From the human T2T-CHM13v2.0 reference genome, Homo sapiens: a stretch of 64,000 nucleotides of DNA. Under the pieces are notes generated by a model. It had not been told where the DNA came from. It searched no databases and saw only the letters and a list, made by a program, of their open reading frames with translations. The DNA is taken from NCBI RefSeq assembly GCF_009914755.1, contig NC_060925.1; one strand, 5' to 3'. This document shows, piece after piece, positions 52,857 through 64,000 of this stretch (position 1 is its first letter; every line of letters starts with the position of its first letter). The position numbers were made by a program, and so were the translations under genes.

Positions 52857-54639
52857 ATTAATAAATAGCAGAGCTAAATAATTACTCGATGATTTTGGGT
52901 TGTAGAGACAATTTGTTTAATTTAATTCCAATCAACTGAGGTACTATATAAAATCTCTCTGAAGAGTTAAAAAGAATTATACAATATTTCAAACATGTAC
53001 TATTTTTCTAATCATTGCCCCTCCACTCCACACTCCACACCTAGCCTGAACTTCACTTTATTTTACCTGTAGAGGTAGAACTAAGATATTAGAATATTTC
53101 TTTCGACCTAATTACTTGTTAGTCAAATAACAAAAATAAAATAATTTGACAAAAATGCTTTGCATCTCATAGCTCCTGGCTATGTCATGTCAAGGAAAAT
53201 GAAATATAGCATACATTTGTAATACATTCATTACTCATGAAAAAAGTTACTTCCCATGGGGTGTTCTCGCCAGAGCGCTCCTTTGAGGTGATCTGCCTGG
53301 ATTACACCAGTCATGATGCATTACATCATACAAGACAGTGGGGATTGGCCCTGTCAAATGCAATGTGCCAGATGGAAATTGTCAAAGAAAATTTTCCTTG
53401 AACTTAGACGATACAAAATTTTCACTGCTTCTTCTTACCCTAATTCAAAAAGCATATTGTGGGCAGGTAAAATCTAGAGAATGTGATTAAAGATACTGTG
53501 TCAATTACATGTGAACTATTATGAGTTTGCCTTATTTTGTTCTTACAACTTTAGGTTAATATATCCAAGTGAGCAAGGTATAAGGAAAGTAAAGCCAACG
53601 TTTATTGAATTAATTGATTTTTTTCAGAGAAATTAAATATAATTTAGAGTATTTCTGGTTTCATTTTATTTCAGGTCTAACAACAGTTTTGTGCAAGTTT
53701 GGTAACTCTGGCTTGAAGTTGTTCTGTTAAAGTGTTGTGGTTTTCATTTTTTGATGAATATAGCTGATTCTAAATAATTTAGCTGTTGGCTTAAGGGCAG
53801 TTTTAGGATGGTACAGATTTTTTTCTTCTGCTTCTGTATTTAGGACATTCTAATTAAGCATTTCAACCAGAAACAGGAGGTGAGCTCAGGTTATCTTGTG
53901 GTTTGATTTATTGGCTGTTCTGATGAAGAAGTTTAGTGGAGGAGGAAGTTGGATTTAATAGAAAACTGAAGCTATTTTCAATGATTCATATTAGTTTGGG
54001 TTCTTTTAACAAAAGTGCCAAGTATTGATTGGTTTTAAATATCAACTCCTGCTGGATCAATACAATACAATTCTGGTCAAGATACAACAGAAAAGAAAGT
54101 TTATTCATGAGGGTTGAAATTGACCCTAATGATAACCAGTATGTAGTTCTGTAGTTGAATGTTATAAATACTCTTAACATTATTGCTATGGGCGATTGGA
54201 CAAACACAGCCTGTTAGACCATGAGTCAAATTTACTTACTTTCTGGGAGTTTGCAAGTCTGTTTAGAGCGAAATTGATTTTGATTATCTGTTATTTGCTC
54301 AGATTACTTGTAATCAGTCAGGTGTAGCAAGTTATTCAGTATCCAGACACATGTAATCCTGACAAAGTCTGCTTTTCTCACAAAGGCTTCAAATGGTAGT
54401 GCTTTCAGGCACCTTCAAGAAACTATTCTAACATTGCATGAAAGATGAAACACATTCTGTAAGTAATTTGGCAGTGGTGGAAGAGGAGAACGGATAATTA
54501 ATCATCTACATATATTTAATTTTAAACTTATTTCCCTATTTTAAAATCACAAGTAGTTGTTGTAATATACTTTGCTATTTTACACCTCAATGCTTTTGTA
54601 CTTGCTGTTACTTTTGCTTGAAATTTCCCAAGTTATGTT

Positions 54640-54947
54640 TATTTGTGATGGAAGACTCATCCCTGGTGTTATCCCTGGAAGATGATTTAAATGCTAGACC
54701 ACTTCCAACCCCACTCAGATTAGCTGCTTCTTTTTTTGTGCTCATATACTGTAAGTTTACCTCCTTATCACAGACCTTTTTACATTGTATTATAAAATTG
54801 ATTTACTTGTCTGACATCTCTTTTACCCCTCAAGACTGTAACACTTGAGGTCAGGAAGCACATTCTGTTTAACATTGTAGTCCAAATGACAAGGATAGTG
54901 CATGGCACGTAGTTGCTCAACAGTTCTTTATTTGGATAATGAATAAA
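54640..54947 (+). mobile_element. L2 3' fragment
   Basis: agactgtaacacttgaggtcagg...catggcacgtagttgctcaa...aatgaataaa. Confidence 0.55.
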
Positions 54948-55351
54948 CTAATAAGATTAATTCAACTTAAAAAAATAACAATTAGCCTTTTGGTTGGCTG
55001 ACAGAGGAATATAACTATTCTACAGTTTTCTCTTGGTATTGTTGGTAATGATATTTTACCAGAAATTTCCAGTAATAAAAAGTTATTGGAAAAGCAATAA
55101 AATTCTAACAATATAAAATTCCAATGATAAAATTCTAACAATTCAGAATTTTACAGGTCTTTGGGGTGGGGGATGTACAAACATTATTCTGAAATAAAAA
55201 AGCAAAGCTATAAATGCATCACATATTTGGGATTTTGAGAAAGCAATTGACTCTCTTGGGTTAGACCCCAGTTAGCTGAAATTTTGATTGCTTTTGAAAA
55301 ATAAAGCCTTTCTGATAACAGATGTCTAATTGTGTCTGAAACCATTCATTT

Positions 55352-55861
55352 TGGTTGTCAATTACTGTTATGCAAAATACTATCCCCAATCTTAGTGATT
55401 CATTGTTCTGTGGGTTGGTTGGGCTCAGCTAGTCAGTTCTCACTTGGGGTCATTCATGCAGTTGTAATGAGATGATTGTTGTTGCTGGAATTATTTGAAG
55501 GCTTGATTGGGTTGGATGTCTAAGATGGCTTCTTCATTTACTTATCTGGCATCTCACCTGGGAGTGTTGGGATACTGTGGGCTGACTTCCAGGTTTTTCT
55601 GTCTCTAGTATGGCATTCTTAAGATAGTTGGGCCTGTTACACAGTAGCTGGCTTCCCTCAGCGTAAACATCCCGAGACTCAGGTGGAAGCTGATGGCTTC
55701 TTATGACCTAGCCTCAGCAGTCATGCAGAATCTTTCTGCTATATTCTATTGGTCAAATATGAGTCACAGGGCCAGCCTAGGTCCAAAATGAGGGAACATA
55801 AAGGCGTGACTATTTGGAAGCGTGGTTAATTAGAAAGCCACCTTTAGAGAATAACTACCAT
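55352..55861 (-). mobile_element. MLT1G/H-like MaLR LTR
   Basis: gggctcagctagtcagttctcacttgggg...ttatgacctagcctcag...atattctattggtcaa...gtcacagggccagcc. Confidence 0.65.
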
Positions 55862-55977
55862 TTGACAAATTTTATATGGAATGTGATATTCTTCCATTGT
55901 GTAGAATACCATTCTACAAATTACGTATCTTTTCATAATTTCCTTTGGCATAATAAATGTTTTAACATTTTAAATGG

Positions 55978-56510
55978 TGTGGTAGGCAGAATAATGGCCC
56001 CAAAGATGTTCACGTCCTAATCTCTGGAACATATGAATATGTTGGGTTACATGGCAAAAGGGAATTAAGCTTGCAGGTGGCATTAAGATTGCTAGTCAAT
56101 TAACCTTACGGTAGGGAGAACATCCTGGGTTATCTGCGCAGGCCCAGTGTAATCACAAGGGTCCTTAAAAGTAGAAGAGGGAGGCAGAAGAGGAGGCAGA
56201 GTTAGAAAAGGAGACGTAACCATGTAAGCAGTTAGAGCGATGAGATGTGAGAAGGTCTTGGCTTTCCTTTGCTAGTTTTGAAGGTGAAAAAAGGGGTCCA
56301 TAAGCCAATGAATGTAGGAGGCATCTAGAAGGTGAATAAGTCACGGAAATAGATCCTATCAAAACCTACAGAAAGGAAAACAGCTTTGACTTTGGCCCTG
56401 TGAGACCTGTGTTAGACTTCCAACTTATAAAACTGTAGGATAATAAAATTCATTGTCTTAAGCCACTAAACTTGTGGTAATTTGATATGGGAACAATAGA
56501 AAATAATACA
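55978..56510 (+). mobile_element. MLT1D MaLR LTR
   Basis: tgtggtaggcagaataatggccccaaagatgt...ttacatggcaaaagggaattaag...gtaatcacaagggtccttaaaag...aatagaaaataataca. Confidence 0.88.
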
Positions 56511-57439
56511 AAAGGCAATGGAAACTTGAGAACAAATAGAAGGTATATCAGGCCTATGTCCCATCCATGTCATGCATATGTTCACTCCCTGAACAGTGTA
56601 GAAAATGACTCTTTAGTCCATCAAGGACCTTTAGTTATGATGTAAATGAAGCAATTTCAGGATGCTGGACCATTTTTATAATGTGGACAATGCTTTCTAA
56701 AAGGACATTTGATAGTAAAAGTGATATAAGAAGCTAAGGTACAAAACTTATGATGACTTCAGACAGAGTTACCCCTAAAATTCTGTGTTTTATAGCCTTT
56801 TCTCTACCTCAATCATTTGGGGTTGGGAAAATTAAATATTTGGGTTAAATAATCAAAATTCCTGGATAAAAACCCTTTATTCTTTCAAGAATAAAAATAA
56901 ATCTATGGTATGCTTTCTTGTTTTGGTCAATTAAGGTGCAATTAAAAAAATAAAGCTCCAGGAAGGAAGTGTGCATAGGATACTATGTTATCTTTCAACC
57001 TTTTAGAGGGAGGGAGAAAACATGTCAGCTAGTTGGATTGTACTGAGATATTTGCAAAGTCCATCAAAGGTGGTAGGGCTAGATGGATCAGGAAAAATTC
57101 CTTCTTGATAAATTTTGTGAGAAATAGTCTGTAATCTCATGGACCATTATCTCTTTATGTGTATTAATTTTTATAGAAATCATTATCACAAAATAATATG
57201 TTAATATACAACAAAGGAGAAAATCAATTTGTGAACAAATCCCATCTATAATTCTACTATTCAAAGATTTACCTCTAATCCTTTGGTTATATAGTTTATA
57301 CCTTCCAGATAAAAACACTCATAATTTTTTAGCAAGGGTGGTATTATATATTATTTTATTGTAATTTTAACTTGATTTTAAATTCAACATTATTTTGCTA
57401 ACTCATTTCATTTCAATAAATATGTCATCATTATTATTA

Positions 57440-57705
57440 ATAAATTTTATTGAGGTAAGTACATGTATAGGATTTACCATCCTTACCATTTTTAAGTGTA
57501 CAGTTAAGTGGTAATAACTACATTTACATATCTCTATATATAATTTTCCCTTCATCATCCCTCCTTCTTATCCTTCCTGGCCTTTGGTAGCCACCAATTT
57601 AATTTCTATCTTCATGAGATCCACATTTCTAGCTGCCACATATGAGTGACAACATGGGATATTTGTCTTTCTGTGCTTGGCTTATTTCACTTAACATAAT
57701 GACAT
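57440..57705 (-). mobile_element. L1MA/L1MB 3' end fragment
   Basis: ttaccatttttaagtgtacagt...ccacatatgagtga...tttgtctttctgtgcttggcttatttcacttaacataatg. Confidence 0.78.
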
Positions 57706-58064
57706 TATTATTATTCTTGATGGCTGCATTGGTATTTCACTATATGAATGTACCATAATTTATTTAATCAATTGACATTGTTTGCCACTACACACTGTTG
57801 CTCAGCAATGCTGGAATAAACTTTCTTGCTCATAACATTTTTGAGCCTTTGTCAAATTTTTTTTTTGGATACTTTTCTAAAAATAGACTTTTAGGATTAA
57901 TGTGCATGCATTTTAAAGCATTTTGATATACTCTACAGTTATTTTATCAAGCGAAAATTTCTGTTACCGTAAAGGACATTTTCCTGATCCCTCCTAGTTA
58001 TTTGATCATTTTGTTCTCGGTAACATAAACAACTCTTCTTTCACATGCCAACGTGTGTCTTGGA

Positions 58065-58083
58065 TGACCACTAGAGGTCGTCT
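58065..58083 (+). promoter_or_regulatory. Candidate CTCF-like site
   Basis: tgaCCACTAGAGGTCGtct resembles the core CCASYAGRKGGCR with one mismatch, in unique AT-rich sequence. Confidence 0.35.
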
Positions 58084-59031
58084 AACAAATTAAATATTTC
58101 ACTTGTGGCTCACATTTTTCAGTCAGAGGTTGACCTTTGTGTAAATCAGAGAGAAAAATAGTCTAGAGTTAATGCTTGCTAACTCCAATAACATTTAACA
58201 TTAAAGTCAAATCTCTTTCCTCCCTCCACACCATCACCCACTTTTTAAAAAATGCCTTTGTGTCTGTGGATAACTCAACAGCCTTTGACTGTATTTTCTC
58301 TGTAGTAGAGAGGTTGTTTATGGCTTATTTGGAATATGTTTCTTTTTCTTGCACTTACTTGTTACTTTCACATATTTGGTCTCTTATACTTACTTAGTTT
58401 ATGCCAAACAGCAAATCTAAGAAATCTTGAAGTAAAAATGCCTGTAAATTATTTTGAGCTGTTTTATTAAGGTGGTAGTTTTGCTATTGCATTTCTCCTG
58501 CCCCTCTATAATGATGTAGACTATATATGGAGGTACCAGAATTTAAGCAATTGGCATTGCTTTGTTAATACATTTACATCTTGATGAATATGCCATCATC
58601 ATCATCATTTTTGGAGGCTGCAGTAATTACATGTTATAACCATTTAACATTGGTTTAAATATGTGAGAATTATTTCTTTCTATGCGCTATCATTCTATAC
58701 ATACGGGAAATAAGACAGAAAAGATTACGCAGCAAATATAAACGATTAAAAAATTTAAAAAGTTATGTTCTAAAAATCATCTATGATTTGTTTGGAGATA
58801 GGTTAGAGGTGACAAACACCATCTGTGATGGTAAGTTTTATGTGTTAATATGACTAGGCCATGGGATGCCCTGATGTCTGTTTAGATGTTATTTCTAGGT
58901 ATGTCTATGAGGATGTTTCTGGGAGAGATTGACATTTAAACTGGTAAATTAAGTAAAGCAGATGGCCCTCCCCAAAGAGCATCATTCAATTCTTTGAGCG
59001 CCTGAAAATAACTGGATGGGCATCATCCAAT

Positions 59032-59322
59032 TTTTTTATGTTTTGACAATGTCTAGTTCTGTCACCCAGGCTGGAGTGCAGTGGGGTGATCTCTGCTCAC
59101 TGTACAACCTCTGCTTCCCGTTCAAGCAATTCTCCTGCCTCAGCCTCCCGAGTAGCTGAGACTATAGGCGCACGCTGCCACGCCTGGCTAAGTTTTTGTA
59201 TTTTAGTAGAGAAGGGGTTTCACCGTGTTGCCAGACTGGTCTCGAACTCTGAGCTCAGGCAATCCGCCTGCCTCGGCCTCCCAAAGTGCTAGGATTACAG
59301 GTGTGAGCCACCGCACCTGGTC
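59032..59322 (-). mobile_element. AluS with TSD gggcatcatccaatt
   Basis: Reverse Alu; TSD on both sides. Confidence 0.9.
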
Positions 59323-59622
59323 GGGCATCATCCAATTCTTTGAACACCTGAAAAGAACAAAAAGGCAGAGGAAGATTGGATTTGTGCTCTCCTCTGCCTG
59401 TCTGCTTGAATTGGACGTCAGTCTTCTGTCCTCGGTGCTCCTTGTTCTTAAGCCTTCAGGCTGGGTCCGGAGTCTACATCATCGGTCCTCTGGCTCTCAG
59501 GCCTTTGAACTACACCACAGGCTTTTCTGGGTCTACGGCTTGCAGATGTCAGATCATAGGACTTCTCAGCCTCTGTAATCAGTGAGTCAATAACTTATTG
59601 ATATAAGTTATCTCTATAACCG

Positions 59623-59637
59623 TCTGTCTATCTATCG

Positions 59638-59680
<43 letters not shown>

Positions 59681-59728
59681 CATCCATCCATCCATCATCT
59701 GTCTATCTCTCTATCTACCTAATCTCTA
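59623..59728. repeat. (TCTA)n(TCCA)n tetranucleotide STR
   Basis: Directly visible. Confidence 0.95.
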
Positions 59729-59954
59729 TAGGTTCTGTTTCTCTGGAGAATCCTAATTCACCATTTAAATATACACTTGCTAGATATAGGAACATTAGTT
59801 TGTATTTGGAACATTTAGATAGTTATCCATATATCAACAAAGTTGTTATAGTGATCAAGGCAGCAGTGAGCCTCCTATTTTCTTCTCTGTCAGACGTTTT
59901 GTCCTACCAAACCCATGGCTGGAATTGCTCCAAAAGTGGCGGCAGGGGAATTTC

Positions 59955-60386
59955 TGCAGGGAAGTTCCCCAAACCATCCAGAGATGGGGCTGGTTAAGAT
60001 TCTAAAGAAAGAAGCACTAAACGCCAGGGTGATGAATCTAAGGAATTTATTAGGGGAACTTACAGAGCGCTGCTCCAGTCCTTGTGGCGGACAGTGAGAG
60101 AAAGGGGCTGTTCTACCTAGGTATGTCTGAAATGAGGGAGTCATGTAGGAAGTTTTTATCAAGGGTTGAGGAATTTGGCTCAGGGCCCGGGGCCAGTTTC
60201 TTTTAGTGTTTTGAGCAACAACCTAGATAACTTTTTCAGTGTCTGGAAATGTTCAAGGCCGTGGTTTCGGTTCAAGCCTGCTGGAAAAAACTGCAGCTGG
60301 CGAGGTCACAGAGCAGCCAAGGCACTTCATGATTTGGGGTCAGGACATAGAAAGAAAGGGTGAGGGTGAGTCTGGGGGAACCTGCA
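59955..60386 (-). mobile_element. LTR47-like ERVL solo LTR
   Basis: Minus strand begins tgcaggttcccccagactcaccctcaccctttctttctatgtcctgacc...gtgccttgg..ctctgtgacc..gccagctgcag; AATAAA on the minus strand at ~60045. Confidence 0.65.
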
Positions 60387-60927
60387 CAGAAGTAACAGGT
60401 TTATCTAAATGGTATATGTAATATAATGTAAATTATATGTATTTTTTGTTATAGTTACATTTTTATAGCACACACATATATGTAGACTTCATGTTTTTTT
60501 TAAGGTTAAAGACTTATGATAGTTGGTAGTAAGCTAATTTTTTCATCTTCTTTCCCTGTATTATGTGGAAGAGATTCTTTAGCAATCAATCTTTTAAGAT
60601 ATGGACTCCTTTTTAAAAACACACAATAAAATATCATTTTCCTAGAATCATTCAACTTCTCACTTCTTAATTCATATCCCATTTTCCTCCCAAACAATAA
60701 AAAAATTCACATAATATCGTCTGGCAATAATTTCTTGGAAGGCCTTTCATCATGGAAAAATGCCTTCAGTTTGGGTAGGTGCAGTGGTACAAATAACATT
60801 TGATTTCAGGGTGACCAGAAAACTATCAAACTAAATTGGCTGCTTATTGAAAAACACTCCTTGTATAATCTTTTTTCCTTACCTATAATCTTGTATTGGC
60901 AATGGCATAAGTACTGTGAAAGTTCTT

Positions 60928-61459
60928 CACAGTTTTCAAGCCTTTTGTTCTTAGGACACCTTTAGACTCTTAAAAATTATTGAGGCCCCTGAAGAGCTTT
61001 TGTTTATGTGTGTTATACCTAAGTATGTTTAGTAGATTCAAACTAAAAACTGAGAATATCTAAAAATATGTATTGATAATTTATTTTAAAAAATCCCATT
61101 ACATGTTAAAATAAATAACATTTTAATAAAAATCTTATTTTCCAAAACTAAAAAAAAAAAAAAAAAGAAAAAACACTTTAGTTAGACGAGTGGCATTGTT
61201 TCACATTTTTGCAAGTTCCTTTAATGTCCGGATTAACTGAAGACAGCTAGATTCTGATATCTGTTTCTGCGTTCAATTTCTTGCAATATCACTGATCATG
61301 GAGCCTCTGAAAAACTTCGCTATATGCTGATGAAAGAATGAAAATAGAACAGTCAAATAGTATCTTAGTATGATTATGAAAATAGTTTTCACCTCATGGA
61401 CTCCCTGAAAAGGTCTTAAGGACCCACAGGGGTTCCAGGCCATACTTTGTGAACCACTG
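60928..61459. mobile_element. MER119-like hAT-Charlie element
   Basis: ctcttaaaaattattgaggcccctgaagagcttttgtttatgtg...agtggcattgttt...catactttgtgaaccactg. Confidence 0.7.
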
Positions 61460-61534
61460 TGATAGATTATACAAATGTGGCTATCCTTATACATCTTTAT
61501 TGTAGAATAAAAACATTCATGAGAACCATTATTG

Positions 61535-61695
61535 CAGAGTGGTATAGGAGTGTTACAGTCTAGGGTTTGAAGAGCAGCTCTGCTATTCAGTTGTTTTGAT
61601 ATATTGGGAGAGTTAAACTTTTAAACCTCAGTTTCCTCATCTGAAAAATGGGGATAATAATATGTACTTCATGGGTTGTTTTTAAGGATTGGTAT
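61535..61695 (+). mobile_element. MIR fragment
   Basis: aacctcagtttcctcatctgaaaaatgggataataatatgtacttcatgggttgtt. Confidence 0.8.
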
Positions 61696-64000
61696 TCTTA
61701 GATACCTTCAATCTTTTGTGGTTTTAGTTATTATAAAGTTATTACTGAGAAACTGATGGACTTTGGGTATATTGATAAAGGACCCTTTCTGGTCCTCCAA
61801 AGTGGAGAACCTGGCTCTGTATTGTAAATTCAGAAAACCAGTGGATGGCAAAAAGATATTGTGGCACCTCTATGTAAAATTACTGCCACCTACTACTACT
61901 AGTATTATTCTATGTTATAGTGAAGACACTGAGGCTCACAGCGGTCGAGTCACTTGGAAAAGACCAATGCCAGCAGGAGAGGTGGAATGGTAATCTGCAT
62001 GGTCCACCTACAGAATCCACACCTTTAACTAGTACCCTATACAGATTAACTAGTACTCCTAACTAGTACCCTCTCTAGGTAGTATTTTAATTGTCATACT
62101 ACAGATTTTGGAATTTAAATCTAGAGTTTAATTTTTGTCATTTTCTGAGTACATTCCATATTATAGAAAAATTATTAAAATTTACCCCCATTATTAGATT
62201 TACCATGGGGCCACTGTTAAAAATAAGGGGTATCTAATGTGAAATTTTTCAGTCATTCACTTGTAGTTAGTCACAACTTCAAGTATTCATGAATATTACC
62301 ATATTAACTTTAGTTATAATTGCTTTGCTTTGCATCTGGTCTGACTTTGTCAGAATCTCATGTTACTAATTGTATGGATGTGTTCTATGACGTTCTTTCC
62401 ATAGAGTTTCTCACCTCCAATTGTGTAAGAGGTCTACTTTGTTTTTTTCTAACTAATACCTAATACAAAAATTTTATGTTTATATTTATGTAGCAATTAC
62501 ATGGCTGATTCGTATCTCAGTGTAAGAGGACAAAATTAATCTTTTCTGATGAGTTTTCTTACTTTTATCAGAGAAGAAACATCTGTGTAAATCTGCTAAT
62601 ATTCATTGTTTTTCTTGGATAAAACTATGAGGCACAATTTAGGTGATATATGCAATTTAATTTGTGTTAATAAGGGTCAGCATTACCATCTGGACTATAA
62701 AATAAGATCACTTCTTGAGGAAAAGAAATTATGGAATTTCTAAACTTGTTATAAGAGTTTCCTTTTAACAACATTTATTTAATTATGATTTAAAAGAAAA
62801 GTTCCATTCTTTGAGAGACAGTTTTAAAAATATTTCACGATTGAAGTCAGCCCAAATGCTATGAAATAACATGGTTTCAGCAGTTTGAAGAAAGCTCTGA
62901 ATGAAGTGTGAGACGTTAGAGATTGATCATAGTTCCTGTGTGTGCTGGCTCCCACTACTTTAAAAGTTTCTGGCCTTCTTTGCCATCTCATCTCCTCTAA
63001 GCATTTTGTTTTTAATCTCTATTTAACCCTGAACTGAGTAAGTCTTTCCTCTCCAGGGTTTTTCATTGATCAAAGGCGTCAACAGCCTTCTTCCTCTGCG
63101 ACTAATTCTCTCTAAAACAGACAAACCCCTACCACGCTGAGTCTATAAGGTTTCTAAATTGTTTCTTATGTGTTTCCATTTCTCTCTTCTGCACCCATTT
63201 CAACCCTTACTTCCAGCCCATCTTCATCTATATTTGCTATAAGCAAGCAGACTTTTCCTGTGTTAGATTAAGTTAAAACCCCAAATATTTTGTAAGATAG
63301 TTTTAAAAAAATTGTAGTTTTGAGGTGTAATTTTTGTTGTTGTTGCTTTGAACTAATTTTTCTAATGGGTCCCAAATTAATTAGATGACATACAGTTTTA
63401 TATATCAGCCTTTATAATGTGGTATAGAATGATTATATATCATTCTTATACTTCTGGGGATTGTTAAACTGAAAGTGTTTTTAAATGATTTCCATCATGT
63501 GATTTTAAGTAGAACAGATCTAAATATTCAGCTTAGAGAAGTATTTTAAAAACTTCCTCTGATGGTTTGGTTTACATGTAGGTGATTGGTTTTAATTTTA
63601 ATGAGTTATTATCTTTTTGACTTCAGAGTACACAATAAGAAAGAGAACACTGGTTGCAGTAGACATGAGACTATGCAGATGAACAATATTTTTGATGTAC
63701 TGAAAGAATTGCTCATTTTACACCTGGGAAAATGATTGAGGATTTTAAAGTTTTATTTTCCCAGAAATGGCAAGAAGAACTGCTTTTTAAAGAGCCACAC
63801 TGAAGACATGGATTTTAGGATTTCTTCCTCAAAATCCCAGAGGGAAAAAGGACCCTAAGTACAGTTCTCTAAAAGACATAATGCAATTATAAAAATCATG
63901 TCTCAGATTAACACAGCCTATCATATATGGGAGCCAATGTCTTAGTAATGAACAATTTCAAACTGTTTATTCTGTCAAATGAATGCATTTTACCAGGGTG

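Larger units (their letters stand above)
58824..59760 (+). mobile_element. MLT2D/B-like ERVL solo LTR containing an Alu and a TCTA repeat
   Basis: tgtgatggtaagttttatgtg...agtaaagcagatggccctccc...ggttctgtttctctggagaatcctaa. Confidence 0.82.

Overview
Primate genomic DNA, most likely human or great ape (it carries an AluYe-type Alu and an L1PA2-type LINE). It is AT-rich and CpG-poor, with no recognisable host protein-coding exon, tRNA, rRNA or CRISPR array, so it is intergenic or deep intronic. About half of the window is transposable-element derived. The centrepiece is an essentially full-length but decayed HERV-L provirus (26162-34982, minus strand). It has two MLT2A2-type LTRs, a 5-bp TSD ACTTA, PBS, PPT and gag/pro/RT/RH/IN/dUTPase remnants. 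It sits inside an old L1M and is itself interrupted by a THE1C-type MaLR and an AluY. Other nests: Tigger1 in MER21 in MIR; AluYe in an LTR22 (HML-5) solo LTR in an ERV1-type LTR; L1PA2 in AluJ; three Alus at one target site. The ORFs I could assign are TE remnants, and the rest look like chance ORFs. The least expected signal is a set of short same-orientation copy-paste duplications (52-196 bp) whose donors lie 0.6-4.6 kb away in this same window. Several have junction microhomology or flanking direct repeats and no poly(A), which suggests repeated local templated-insertion repair. I see no evidence for a new gene system. Repeat subfamily names are from recalled consensus sequences and need RepeatMasker/Dfam confirmation.
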